From contig RFQR01000005.1 of assembly GCA_009924895.1 (NCBI GenBank), positions 3,710 to 67,709 of the forward strand: a stretch of 64,000 nt of DNA, read 5' to 3'. Source of the DNA: a bacterium (GTDB lineage: Bacteria; Patescibacteriota; Minisyncoccia; Phycocordibacterales; UBA2100). The notes below the pieces were generated by a model that had not been told where the DNA came from, made no database searches, and saw only the letters and a list, made by a program, of their open reading frames with translations. Positions within the stretch are counted from its first letter, which is position 1, and every line of letters starts with the position of its first letter. Position numbers and translations under genes: made by a program. Positions 45,875 to 55,014 of this stretch are shown one piece after another.

Positions 45875-46360
45875 GTGTATGTGCGCGATACTATTCGTGG
45901 TGATACAAGCCCGAACAGAGTTACGTGGTCACTATGGGCTCTTGCGCCACTTATTGCGACGGTGGCAGCGGTCTCTGATGGAGTAAGTTGGGCAGTGTTG
46001 CCGGTTTTCGCTGCTGGGCTTGGTCCGCTGATAGTTGTCTTCACATCGTATCTGAAACCTAAGGCATACTGGCATCTTGGAATCCTTGATTATTTGTGTG
46101 GCTCGTTTTCACTCCTGGCGCTCGTGTTGGGGGCGCTCACAAGCAATCCCTTACTCGCGATCTTTTTTGCAATAATTAGTGATGGATTTGCAGCATTTCC
46201 TACACTTGCAAAAGCATGGAAAAATCCTGAGAGCGAGTCAGGATTTGCGTATGTTGCGGGTCTTTTGTGCGGACTTTCAACGTTTGCGAAGTACATTACT
46301 GGACGTTTTCTGAATACGGTTTCTCCCTCTATCTCGTTATCGCTAACATTGCACTCATAA
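45875..46360 (+). CDS. hypothetical membrane protein (161 aa)
   Basis: Four hydrophobic segments. No motif recognised. Confidence 0.45.
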   Translation: MYVRDTIRGDTSPNRVTWSLWALAPLIATVAAVSDGVSWAVLPVFAAGLGPLIVVFTSYLKPKAYWHLGILDYLCGSFSLLALVLGALTSNPLLAIFFAIISDGFAAFPTLAKAWKNPESESGFAYVAGLLCGLSTFAKYITGRFLNTVSPSISLSLTLHS

Positions 46361-46414
46361 CATCCGTCTACGGTCACTCGTGGATTCGATACCTGTCGAG
46401 AAAAAATAAGTAAG

Positions 46415-47806
46415 CTACCAACCGAACTGACGACCCACCTCTTCGGGTGTTTCTCGTTTGCGTGCGACTTTAATTTCGCCGTTTTGTGCGATGAGCTTGA
46501 GTGGTGATGAAAGGAGGCAGTGGTGAGACGCGAGAGCGTCCTGGTATGCGCCGGTGTCGAGAAACGCTAAAAACAAGTCCTCGTCCTCAGTGCGCTTTGG
46601 AAGCGAAACATGCGAGCCACCCGCAGTGTATTTGTCGTCGCTGTCACATGAGCTTCCGGCGAGCCATGTATGCACGAGTTTTTTCTCGTTCATGTTGTTT
46701 ACGGGAATCACATGCCATTTCTGTTTAAGCGCCCAGGTGTCAGTAAGGTCATTCATAAAACTACCATCGACGATGTACCAGATATTTTTTGCCTTATTCA
46801 AGACCTCCTTTTCAGCAAGGACTTTGTAAAGGGTGATTTGTGCAGGAGCTACAACCCATCTTCCCCACTCAGTAATGAGGTTTGGATGCTTTACGCCACG
46901 TTTGTCACATTCCTCCTTTGCAGTTTTTATGATCCGTTGCACGAGATTTTTGAGCGTGTAGAGACGTTTGTTCTTGTTGTAGGGAATGCCAGCGCCGCCG
47001 CCAATATCCACGGTATCAAGACCTGGGTTTTTCTCGCGCATCTGTGCGTAGAGCTCAATTGCTCGTTTTAAGGGCTTCACGAATCCTTCTATGCTCTCAA
47101 CTTGGCTTGAAATGTGGTAGTGCAGCACTGAGAGGTTTTTGATTTTGCCGAGTTCAAGGAGTTCGGTCTCGGTGAATCCGAAGCGGTTGTACTTTTTGTC
47201 CCAATGACTATCAATTTTGACTGAAAGATCAACGCGGATCCCTACTTCACCTTTGAACTTTTTCATACGTTCAAACTCAACCATATCTTCGATGATCGGA
47301 ATCACTGTGAGACCTTTTCCACGGAGTTCCTCGATAAGTTCCATGTAGCGCTCCGATTTCGGACCATTGCAGATGACACGAATTTTGTTGTTGAAACGGT
47401 CCTGTTCGATCATGCGCTTAACGAGAAAGAGTTCATTTGCTGATGCAACATCGAGATTTGCGCCTTCAGCAACGGCAGGAAGAACAAACTCACGGTTTTG
47501 GTTCACTTTCATTGGATAGTGGTAGCGGTATTTACCTTTGTACCCGAGTACCTTAATATAGGCAGTGAATGTCTCCATGAGGTCACGGACACGGTTTTCT
47601 ATGACGGTAGGAAACAGAATTTCGGTTGGCGTTCCGTATTTGCGCGCAATTGCCGCAATGTTGTATTGATAGTTACCTTCTCGAACGATAAGGTCACCAT
47701 CTTTTGAGATATCAAAAATCTGCGTATCGAACTCTTCCAGTCCAAGACGCCAAAATTTTTTCTGGCCATTTTTTTGCTTTTTCATGATAGAAAAATTATA
47801 CAACAA
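46415..47806 (-). CDS. PLP-dependent fold-III decarboxylase (Orn/DAP/Arg decarboxylase family)
   Basis: VDIGGGAGIPY Gly-rich PLP-phosphate loop and a C-terminal GSSCDSDD motif. Substrate not assignable from sequence. Confidence 0.7.
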   Translation of the reverse strand: MLYNFSIMKKQKNGQKKFWRLGLEEFDTQIFDISKDGDLIVREGNYQYNIAAIARKYGTPTEILFPTVIENRVRDLMETFTAYIKVLGYKGKYRYHYPMKVNQNREFVLPAVAEGANLDVASANELFLVKRMIEQDRFNNKIRVICNGPKSERYMELIEELRGKGLTVIPIIEDMVEFERMKKFKGEVGIRVDLSVKIDSHWDKKYNRFGFTETELLELGKIKNLSVLHYHISSQVESIEGFVKPLKRAIELYAQMREKNPGLDTVDIGGGAGIPYNKNKRLYTLKNLVQRIIKTAKEECDKRGVKHPNLITEWGRWVVAPAQITLYKVLAEKEVLNKAKNIWYIVDGSFMNDLTDTWALKQKWHVIPVNNMNEKKLVHTWLAGSSCDSDDKYTAGGSHVSLPKRTEDEDLFLAFLDTGAYQDALASHHCLLSSPLKLIAQNGEIKVARKRETPEEVGRQFGW

Positions 47807-47825
47807 AAAAATAAAAAATCCACTT

Positions 47826-48926
47826 TTAGCTGTGTCGAAATTCAGTCACGTCTCCATCTTGAAAGACGTATTCCTTCCCTTCCGTACGGATCATTCCCTT
47901 ATCGCGCGCTGCAGACCATGAGCCAGCTTCAAGTAGTTTGTCCCACTGAATCACTTCAGCGCGGATAAACTTGTTTTGGAAATCAGTGTGAATAACCCCG
48001 GCAGCTTCTGGCGCTGTCGCGCCACGCACTATGGTCCATGCACGTGTCTCCTTTTCGCCAGTTGTAAAGTATGAAATCAGGTTAAGGAGCCGATAGCCTG
48101 CGCGGATGAGGTCGTTGATACCGTCTCCCTGTACGCCCAGGTCGCGACGGAAATCAGCACGCTCCTCGTCGCCTACATCATTGAGTTCGTTCTCTACGCC
48201 CGCATCAACAAACACCCACTGCGCCCCGAGTGATTCAAGGAGTGACTGGAGCGCTTTCCAGCGATCTCCGTTTTCTGCATCGACGTTTACTGCCCCGCTC
48301 TTTCTATTTAATACAAAAAGCATGGGCTTGGTGGTAAGGAGGTTAAAGCTTTTTGCAATGTTCTGCTCGTACTCATCGAGTGCAACAGAGCGAGCGGGCT
48401 TTCCTTGGTCGAGCGCTTGTACCAGCTTGCGCAGGACATCACGCTCCGCGATAAGATCTTTGTCACCTCCTTTGGCATCGCGCTCTACACGGTCAAGACG
48501 CTTTTTCGCACTTTCGAGATCAGCGAGCGTAAGCTCGAGGTTGATAACTTCGATATCACGAGCAGGATCGACCTCCCCCGCAACGTGATGCACGTCCTCA
48601 TCGTCAAAAAGCCGGACGACCTGCGCGATTGCATCGGTCTCACGAATATGGGTGAGAAACTGATTCCCTAGCCCCTCGCCTTGTGCAGCGCCTTTTACAA
48701 GACCCGCAATATCAACAAATTCAACAACAGCAGGAATTGTTTTTTCTGATACAGACATCTGCGCAAGACGATCAAGCCGTGGATCAGGCACTGCCACAAT
48801 TCCTACAGAAGGGTCAATGGTGCAAAACGGATAATTCTCCGCAGGAACACCTTTTTTCGTAAGGGCGTTAAAAAGTGTGGATTTACCGACATTTGGCAAC
48901 CCGACAATACCAATTGAAAGTGACAT
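47826..48926 (-). CDS. ychF: ribosome-binding ATPase YchF (Obg-family GTPase)
   Basis: P-loop GIVGLPNVGKSTLFNALT, G4 NxxD, and a C-terminal TGS domain. 366 aa. Confidence 0.9.
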   Translation of the reverse strand: MSLSIGIVGLPNVGKSTLFNALTKKGVPAENYPFCTIDPSVGIVAVPDPRLDRLAQMSVSEKTIPAVVEFVDIAGLVKGAAQGEGLGNQFLTHIRETDAIAQVVRLFDDEDVHHVAGEVDPARDIEVINLELTLADLESAKKRLDRVERDAKGGDKDLIAERDVLRKLVQALDQGKPARSVALDEYEQNIAKSFNLLTTKPMLFVLNRKSGAVNVDAENGDRWKALQSLLESLGAQWVFVDAGVENELNDVGDEERADFRRDLGVQGDGINDLIRAGYRLLNLISYFTTGEKETRAWTIVRGATAPEAAGVIHTDFQNKFIRAEVIQWDKLLEAGSWSAARDKGMIRTEGKEYVFQDGDVTEFRHS

Positions 48927-49050
48927 GGCGAACGAAAGTAAGTATAGTATAACCCTTTGGTCACAACTCTCGTCGTGTCAACACGACTCGGTCGCGACAG
49001 AGCCTCGCGGTTTCGCTTGCTGGCAAAACATCGCTCCTGCCGTCTAAACG

Positions 49051-49078
49051 TCAAGAAAAAGTAAAGCAGGTTACTTTT
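49051..49078 (-). terminator. weak intrinsic terminator after rpsI (AAAGTAA - AGCAGG - TTACTTT then TTTTTCT on the minus strand)
   Basis: Read directly. AT-rich 7-bp stem. Confidence 0.35.
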
Positions 49079-49079
49079 T

Positions 49080-49472
49080 CTAGCGCTTCGACCATTGCGG
49101 TGCGCGACGAGCAGCCTTGAGACCAAATTTCTTGCGCTCTTTTGAGCGAGGATCGCGCTTCAAAAATCCGCGCTTTTTTAGATCAGTACGAAGTACGGGT
49201 GTTTCTTCAGTGAGTCCACGCGCAATAGCGTGGCGTATTGCCTCGGCTTGAGCTTTGTGTCCGCCACCTGAGACACGGACGGTAACTGTGTGTGTTGCAC
49301 CCACTGCCTGGAGTGCGGCAAAGGCAGTCTTGACCATAGACTCAAGAGGAAAATACTCCTCAGCACTTCTTCCGTTAACTACCATGGATGCAGTCTTTGC
49401 AGGGGTGATACGAACGCGAGCCGAAGCAGTCTTACGGCGTCCCACAGTCTCAATGTAACGTTTAGTAGTCAT
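49080..49472 (-). CDS. rpsI: 30S ribosomal protein S9
   Basis: Conserved C-terminal ...KKFGLKAARRAPQWSKR. 130 aa. Confidence 0.9.
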   Translation of the reverse strand: MTTKRYIETVGRRKTASARVRITPAKTASMVVNGRSAEEYFPLESMVKTAFAALQAVGATHTVTVRVSGGGHKAQAEAIRHAIARGLTEETPVLRTDLKKRGFLKRDPRSKERKKFGLKAARRAPQWSKR

Positions 49473-49474
49473 AC

Positions 49475-49828
49475 TTATTCAGTGATAGTAAGGTTCTTCA
49501 TGCGTCCGACACGAAGCGTGTTACGAGGAATCATGCCCTGTACGGCTGTTCTGATCACCGCACTCATACCCTTTCGTGCCGAGAGAGAAGAGAGCTTTTC
49601 GCGCTTGAGGCCACCTGGGTACTGAGAGTAGTGCTCGTACACTTTGGTGAGGCGCTTCTTCTCAGAAACAAGCAGCTTCGATGCGTTTGTGATAACAACG
49701 ATAGTGCCAGAGGTCTTGTTTGGCGTATATGAAGAGAGTGTCTTACCAATAAGATGCTTTGCAGCTTCAGACGCAACGCGTCCGAGAGATTTTCCTGCTG
49801 CATCAATAGTGTGAGTACGGTCATTCAT
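49475..49828 (-). CDS. rplM: 50S ribosomal protein L13
   Basis: 117 aa, L13-like, immediately upstream of rpsI. Confidence 0.85.
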   Translation of the reverse strand: MNDRTHTIDAAGKSLGRVASEAAKHLIGKTLSSYTPNKTSGTIVVITNASKLLVSEKKRLTKVYEHYSQYPGGLKREKLSSLSARKGMSAVIRTAVQGMIPRNTLRVGRMKNLTITE

Positions 49829-49830
49829 AC

Positions 49831-50187
49831 TTAGTTTAGAAATTCTATTCGAGCAAATTCAGCAACGCGCTTTCCGACGCGGCCAAGCTTGGTAATACGG
49901 GTATAGCCGCCTGATCGAGTTGAAAAACGCGGGGCAATATCTGCCATAAGCTTTTGTGTCGCTTCACCCTGGTTACCAAGGCGCTCAGTAATCGAACGTC
50001 GCGATGCAAGGGTGCCTGACTTTGCCGTTGTTACCAGGCGCTCAATGAATGGTCGAAGTTCTTTTGCCTTCGCTTCCGTTGTGGTGATAGCACCGTGCAA
50101 AACAAGAGAACGTGCGAGAGAACGCAAAAGAGCTGTGCGTTGATTTTTTTCTCGGCCAAATTTTCTGTTTTTGCGGTGATGCTTCAT
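49831..50187 (-). CDS. rplQ: 50S ribosomal protein L17
   Basis: N-terminal MKHHRKNRKFGREKNQR, follows rpoA. Confidence 0.85.
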   Translation of the reverse strand: MKHHRKNRKFGREKNQRTALLRSLARSLVLHGAITTTEAKAKELRPFIERLVTTAKSGTLASRRSITERLGNQGEATQKLMADIAPRFSTRSGGYTRITKLGRVGKRVAEFARIEFLN

Positions 50188-50190
50188 ATG

Positions 50191-51162
50191 CTATTTATCG
50201 CCTCGCAGTGTAAGACCCATGTTTGAGAGTGCGCGCTTGATGTCCTGAAGACCTTTTTGTCCCAAGCCTTCAATAGAGAGTAGGTCATCTTCGCGCTTAC
50301 GGACCAAGCCACCGACCGTGCGAATTGAGGCATTATCAAGTGCCTCCTCAACGCGTGTCGGAAGTTTGAGTTCGGTAATGCGTGTTTTTAGTATCTCAGC
50401 ATCTGCTGGGTGCTTGTCTGCGAGAGCGTCTTCGTCATCAGTGCTCTTTGATTCAGGAATAACGATTTCTTCTTCTTTGAAACCAACAACCGCTTTGAGC
50501 TGGTGGATCATTGTCTCGATCGAGCGCTCGAGCGCTTCACGAGGAGAGAGAGTGCCGTCAGTTTCAATAAGAATTTTGAGGCGGTTGAAGTCGGTGCGAT
50601 CACCAACGCGCATGTTTTCTACTTCGTAGTTAACGCGTCGAATAGGAGAGAAAATAGCGTCAAGTGCAATCGTACCGATTTCTACACGCTTTTTCTGATG
50701 CGCCTCTTTTGGAACGTAGCCAAGACCGCGCTCAGCGTTAATCTCGACCTCAAGCGATATCTTACCAGTGATGCTTGCGATGTGCTGTTCAGGATTCAGG
50801 ACTTCTACTTGACCAGGGATTTTCAAGTCAGCAGCTGTTACTTCTTTCGGGCCTTTTACCGAGAGCGTTATGACCTGCGCCTCGTCAGTTGCAATTTTGA
50901 GACGAACACGGCGCAGGTTCAAGATCATCGTAACGACGTCTTCTTTCACACCTTCAATGGTAGAAAATTCATGTGCAACGCCAGGGATTGAGACGTGGGT
51001 GATTGCGGAGCCAGGAAGAGACGAGAGAATAATGCGGCGGAGTGAGTTACCCAAGGTATAACCATACCCGGGGTAGAGACCGTCGATTTCATAGGTTCCC
51101 GCGCGCTCGCTTTCCGAGACGACGCGTGGCTTACTTGGCAGTGCAATGTGATAATCAGACAT
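50191..51162 (-). CDS. rpoA: DNA-directed RNA polymerase alpha subunit
   Basis: 323 aa, N-terminal dimerisation domain and alpha-CTD. Alpha-operon context. Confidence 0.9.
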   Translation of the reverse strand: MSDYHIALPSKPRVVSESERAGTYEIDGLYPGYGYTLGNSLRRIILSSLPGSAITHVSIPGVAHEFSTIEGVKEDVVTMILNLRRVRLKIATDEAQVITLSVKGPKEVTAADLKIPGQVEVLNPEQHIASITGKISLEVEINAERGLGYVPKEAHQKKRVEIGTIALDAIFSPIRRVNYEVENMRVGDRTDFNRLKILIETDGTLSPREALERSIETMIHQLKAVVGFKEEEIVIPESKSTDDEDALADKHPADAEILKTRITELKLPTRVEEALDNASIRTVGGLVRKREDDLLSIEGLGQKGLQDIKRALSNMGLTLRGDK

Positions 51163-51203
51163 GGCAAAAACGCGATGCTTATAAAAAGTAACTAACTATA
51201 ACA

Positions 51204-51812
51204 CTATCTGCTATAAAATTCAAATAGTGTTGAATAATTAAAGCTTCCTTCTCCACGGATAAATTCCGGAAGGCCGGTTACTTTAATTTTCATGAGCGGA
51301 AAATCAACGTGAAGCCACTTGGGAAGAGTCTTTTTCGGAGTGATCTCGTCGGTCAAGGGAGCGTAGAGCGTGCTTCCTCGGTTGTTCTCTCGAACAAGTA
51401 CGGTGTCCCCCTTCTTGACCGAAAAGGACGGGACATTAACACGGCGACCATTTACGGTGAAATGCCCATGTGAGACTGCCTGGCGCGCAGCGCGGCGCGT
51501 CGAAGCAAAGCCCGCGTGGTAAATTACGCTATCGAGGCGTGACTCAAGCGCGCCATGGAGCGCTTGTGAAGGGTCTTTTGCCCCCATCGATGCCTCTGCA
51601 TACTTAGAAAGCTGGCTTTCAGAGAGGCCAAACGAAAAGCGAATACGCTGCTTTTCGAGAAGTTGGCGACCATAATCCGATCCCCCGCGTCCTCCGCGTT
51701 TTGCTTTCTTTGCGCGAGCGTCAGAGAGCGCAAACTTTTGTGTTTGGAGCTGCTCAAAAATAGCAGGACCAAGGCGTTTGCCAATTTTGTACTTTGATTT
51801 GATGGGAAGCAT
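51204..51812 (-). CDS. rpsD: 30S ribosomal protein S4
   Basis: 202 aa, S4 N-terminus and C-terminal S4 RNA-binding domain. Confidence 0.9.
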   Translation of the reverse strand: MLPIKSKYKIGKRLGPAIFEQLQTQKFALSDARAKKAKRGGRGGSDYGRQLLEKQRIRFSFGLSESQLSKYAEASMGAKDPSQALHGALESRLDSVIYHAGFASTRRAARQAVSHGHFTVNGRRVNVPSFSVKKGDTVLVRENNRGSTLYAPLTDEITPKKTLPKWLHVDFPLMKIKVTGLPEFIRGEGSFNYSTLFEFYSR

Positions 51813-51983
51813 GTTAGAAATTCTTAGCGAGTAACACGAGCTTAGAAGTTCTTACACCCCGCTCTAATTTTACTGAGCTAGTGGTTGCCGAAATCTGTAC
51901 TGTTAACTCGCGTTGCATCATATACTAATAATAGTGTTCTGTAAAATTAGTGCGGGGTAAGTGTCCGCTTCGCTTCCCTTAAT
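51813..51983 (-). repeat. structured inter-cistronic spacer R1 (171 nt, rpsK-rpsD), member of a three-copy paralogous family
   Basis: Conserved ends (on plus strand GTTAGAnnTTCTTAGCGAG next to the downstream start, and TGTTCTGTAAAATTAGTGCGGGGTAAGTGT...CCCTTAA next to the upstream stop). Long-range pairing CTTACACCCCGC..TAATTTTA with TAAAATTAGTGCGGGGTAAG. Confidence 0.7.
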
Positions 51984-52418
51984 TTAGATACGTCGTGGCT
52001 TAGGAGGACGCGGACCATTGTGTGGCACCGGAGTGTCATCAGAAATCTTGATAATATCAACGCCTTTTGATGCAAAACCGCGAAGAGCTGACTCCCTGCC
52101 AGCACCAACGCCGCGGATAGTCACCGCTACTTCCTTTATGCCAATAATCGCAGCTTTTTCACCAACAAGTTCACCCACCTTTGCTGCTGCAAATGGTGTA
52201 CCCTTTTTAGCGCCGTTAAAACCGAGTGCTCCTGAGGATGACCATGCAACTACGCCGCCTTTGTCATCGGTCAGTGAGACGAGAGTGTTGTTATAGGTTG
52301 CCTGAACGAACAAGTGTCCGATCGCAATGTTGCGTTTAGCAACACGCGCCAAAGAGCGAGACTTGAGTCCCTGATCAACGGTTCCGCCACTTTTTCGTAT
52401 GATTCGTTTTTTTCCCAT
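51984..52418 (-). CDS. rpsK: 30S ribosomal protein S11
   Basis: Conserved C-terminal ...DDTPVPHNGPRPPKPRRI. 144 aa. Confidence 0.9.
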   Translation of the reverse strand: MGKKRIIRKSGGTVDQGLKSRSLARVAKRNIAIGHLFVQATYNNTLVSLTDDKGGVVAWSSSGALGFNGAKKGTPFAAAKVGELVGEKAAIIGIKEVAVTIRGVGAGRESALRGFASKGVDIIKISDDTPVPHNGPRPPKPRRI

Positions 52419-52592
52419 TGTGTTAGAAGCTCTTAACGAGCGAAGCGAGTTTAGAGATTCTTACATCCCTCCCCAATTTTACTCGGTCAGTACTTGCAAA
52501 AATCTACATCTTTAACTCGCGCAATATTGTATAGCAAAAAAATCAGTTTGTAAAATTGGCGAGGGAAAGATACTCAATCCCCGCTCTCGTAA
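52419..52592 (-). repeat. structured inter-cistronic spacer R2 (174 nt, rpsM-rpsK), a divergent member of the same family
   Basis: Shares the GTTAGAAGCTCTTAACGAGCGAAGCGAG..TTCTTACA..CCCCAATTTTACT and ..TTTGTAAAATTGGCGAGGG..CCCCGCTCTC blocks. Confidence 0.6.
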
Positions 52593-52976
52593 TCATGTCT
52601 TTTCAAGCTTACGACGGCCTGAAAGCATGGTCTTACGAACGTTTCCTCGAACGGTGCGCGAATTCGTTTTGGTTCCTTGACCTCGCGCTGGAAGGCGCTT
52701 TGCATGGCGCGAGCCACGATAGGACTTGATGTCTTTCAGGCGGCGCACGTTTGCAGAAATTTGTCGTCGAAGCTCACCCTCAAGAGTGAATGCCTCTACG
52801 GTCTCGCGGAGAGCTGCCTCCTCTTTTGCAGTGAGGTCCTTGGGGCGTTTTCCACCGTCGATACTAAGTCCTGCGAGGACTTCCTGAGCGCGAGGACGAC
52901 CAACGCCATAAATAGTCGTAAGACCTATGTCGAGGCGTTTTTCATCGGGTACGGTTATTCCAGCAATACGTAGCAT
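52593..52976 (-). CDS. rpsM: 30S ribosomal protein S13
   Basis: N-terminal MLRIAGITVPDEKRLDIGLTTIYGVGRPRAQEVLAG. 127 aa. Confidence 0.9.
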   Translation of the reverse strand: MLRIAGITVPDEKRLDIGLTTIYGVGRPRAQEVLAGLSIDGGKRPKDLTAKEEAALRETVEAFTLEGELRRQISANVRRLKDIKSYRGSRHAKRLPARGQGTKTNSRTVRGNVRKTMLSGRRKLEKT

Positions 52977-53145
52977 GTTAGAGGTTCTTAGCGAGTATTT
53001 GCGAGCTTAGAAGCTCTTACACCCCGCACTAATTTCAGCGGACTCAATGTAAGATATGCTTTTTTCTGCTCGTTGGACATCATATGCTAAAAGTGTTGTT
53101 CTGTAAAATGTAGTGCGGGGTAAGTGTTCGCTTCGCTCCCTTAAA
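52977..53145 (-). repeat. structured inter-cistronic spacer R3 (169 nt, rpmJ-rpsM), closest paralog of R1
   Basis: GTTAGAGGTTCTTAGCGAG...CTTACACCCCGCACTAATTTCAGCGG ... TGTTCTGTAAAATGTAGTGCGGGGTAAGTGTTCGCTTCGCTCCCTTAAATTAG. Same long-range helix as R1. Confidence 0.7.
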
Positions 53146-53259
53146 TTAGCCCTGGCGCTGTTTATGGCGTGGGTTTTCGCAAATAACACGAAGCTTGCCA
53201 CGACGTTTTACTGTCGAGCAATGCATGCAAATTTTCTTAACGGATGCTTTTACTTTCAT
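53146..53259 (-). CDS. rpmJ: 50S ribosomal protein L36 (37 aa, below ORF-track cutoff)
   Basis: Manual translation: [37 protein letters not shown], with the C-x2-C...C-x4-H zinc ribbon. Confidence 0.85.
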   Translation of the reverse strand: MKVKASVKKICMHCSTVKRRGKLRVICENPRHKQRQG

Positions 53260-53313
53260 GATTACTGCTGAGCAGTTGAGGATTTATAACACAGCTTTCA
53301 ATTTCTACAAAGT

Positions 53314-53520
53314 TTATACGCGGCGAGTGATACGTGCTCGTCCTCCGTAGGGGTCGAGTATCATTTCAACGGTGTCGCCGACTAGTACTTTTATCTTGTG
53401 AAGTCGCATCTTGCCCGCAAGATACGCGAGCACGAGTTCTCCTGAATCGAGTTTGACTCGAAACAGAGTGTTGGGAAGCGCCTCTTCGACGATCCCTTTC
53501 GCAACTTCGGCTTGTGACAT
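53314..53520 (-). CDS. infA: translation initiation factor IF-1
   Basis: 68 aa, S1-like OB fold (GIVEEALPNTLFRVKLDSGELVLAYLAGKMR). Confidence 0.9.
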   Translation of the reverse strand: MSQAEVAKGIVEEALPNTLFRVKLDSGELVLAYLAGKMRLHKIKVLVGDTVEMILDPYGGRARITRRV

Positions 53521-53596
53521 ATCTTCTTAATAAGAATACTCCACTACTGTCAAAAGGTCAACACAGTTCTGTGCATGTTTTGTGCGTGGATCCTCT

Positions 53597-53629
53597 CGAA
53601 AAAGCAAAACCACCCTCGGAGGTGGTTTT
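53597..53629 (-). terminator. intrinsic terminator (AAAACCACC - CTCGGA - GGTGGTTTT then GCTTTTTC on the minus strand) after the DoxX gene and upstream of infA
   Basis: Read directly. Perfect 9-bp stem. Confidence 0.65.
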
Positions 53630-53641
53630 GTCGGTGCCGAT

Positions 53642-54100
53642 TTACGCTGTTTTGCAATCGTTGCAGTCTTTACACTCAGGACAAATACCTCCCAGCAGGG
53701 TACAGTGCTGGTGATAGCTCCATGCACCAGGACCAAATTTCACTACGTAGAGCAGGCCGCCGATAATCGCGAGGTTTTTGAGGAACATTACCTGCTGCAT
53801 CTGCTGTGACCAATCCATGTGGAAGAATATGGTTGCGAGTGCAGTAAAGGCAATGAGCATCCATGCACCAATACGTGCATGAAAGCCAGTTAGTACCATG
53901 AGCGCCCCTCCCAATTTCAAGAAGAGAGCTATAACGGTAGCTACTTCTGCCATAGGAACACCAACTGATGCAATCATCTGGACAGAACCAGAAAAGTTCA
54001 TCAGCATTCCCCAACCACTAATAAGAAAAAGGCTCGCAATAAGTACACGACCAACGGGCATACACCACTTGCTTATTGATGTATTCATAATCTTGCGCAC
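53642..54100 (-). CDS. DoxX-family membrane protein
   Basis: Small 4-TM protein with DoxX-like LFLISGWGML...LGGALMVL segments. The C-terminal CPECKDCNDCK tail is unusual. Confidence 0.55.
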   Translation of the reverse strand: MRKIMNTSISKWCMPVGRVLIASLFLISGWGMLMNFSGSVQMIASVGVPMAEVATVIALFLKLGGALMVLTGFHARIGAWMLIAFTALATIFFHMDWSQQMQQVMFLKNLAIIGGLLYVVKFGPGAWSYHQHCTLLGGICPECKDCNDCKTA

Positions 54101-54133
54101 TAAGTTAGTAAGTACCCTAATGGTACCGGGGTA

Positions 54134-54180
54134 TTCAAATAGAACAAGGGCCAGTGTTCACATTGCTGTAACACTGGCCC
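54134..54180 (-). terminator. intrinsic terminator (GGGCCAGTGTT / AACACTGGCCC 11-bp stem, T-rich tail on the minus strand)
   Basis: Read directly. Confidence 0.55.
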
Positions 54181-54193
54181 TCGAGTCGTCCGA

Positions 54194-54901
54194 TCAGGAC
54201 ACGAGTTCGTGCCCTTTTGGAGCTTTGATCTCGATCTTGACGGCGATCTGCACGTGACGTTTTCCGTGCATGATGCAACCGCCGTTTTCACGCACCGCCT
54301 TATAGATCATGGCGAGTGTGTTGCCGCGCGTGTAGTGGTATTGGCGTTCGTATTCGAAGACGCTCGGATCAGAGCACTTGTCCAGTGTGTCGTCGCCGAT
54401 CCAGATAGTCCGGAACTTCCGGATCGTTCCTTTTGCACCATCTGAACAGGCCGGAACCAGCCAAACCCACTTGGTGACCACCGGTTGGTGGAGTGATTCG
54501 GCGATTTCGCCCGCTTGGTTGACTTTGGCGACGTAGCCAAGGTTGGCGTCAAGCCATGCGGTCTGTTCTGCGTCTGTCGCGAGAATCGGAAACGGCTGCT
54601 CTTCGCTGCAGTGTTTGCCTGCCGCGACTGCTTTTTCACGCAGGATTGGGTCGAGTACGACCGTCGAAAGCGGCATTTCCTCGAACAGGTTGCGCAGTTG
54701 AAGCAAGAACCTGCCGTTGCCGAGAGCTTTCAGGTTGTTTCGGCCGATGACGATTCGTCCGAAACCGCGGTTGAAGTAGTAGTTCAGCTGGTTTTTCACC
54801 CACCTGCCGATGCCGAGCCCCACCAGGAGGGTGAAGCAAACGTAGGCGAGGAGTTGTAACCCATGATATTGGGTTGGTGTCAGTGAGAACAAGTCGAACA
54901 T
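54194..54901 (-). CDS. hypothetical membrane-anchored protein (GC-rich island gene 1)
   Basis: N-terminal TM helix followed by a 200-aa soluble domain with no recognised motif. Local GC is clearly above the window average. Confidence 0.5.
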   Translation of the reverse strand: MFDLFSLTPTQYHGLQLLAYVCFTLLVGLGIGRWVKNQLNYYFNRGFGRIVIGRNNLKALGNGRFLLQLRNLFEEMPLSTVVLDPILREKAVAAGKHCSEEQPFPILATDAEQTAWLDANLGYVAKVNQAGEIAESLHQPVVTKWVWLVPACSDGAKGTIRKFRTIWIGDDTLDKCSDPSVFEYERQYHYTRGNTLAMIYKAVRENGGCIMHGKRHVQIAVKIEIKAPKGHELVS

Positions 54902-54963
54902 CTGGCTTCCTCTTTGGTTGACCCGCCTCTGTGGCGAGAGCCCATCAGGCTGACGTGCTTATA

Positions 54964-55004
54964 CCATAAAAATCCACCCCTGTCCACACTTGCGTGGACA
55001 GGGG
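54964..55004 (-). terminator. intrinsic terminator (CCCCTGTCCAC - ACTTGC - GTGGACAGGGG, then TGGATTTTTATGG on the minus strand)
   Basis: Read directly. Confidence 0.65.
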
Positions 55005-55014
55005 TTCAGCTGCA

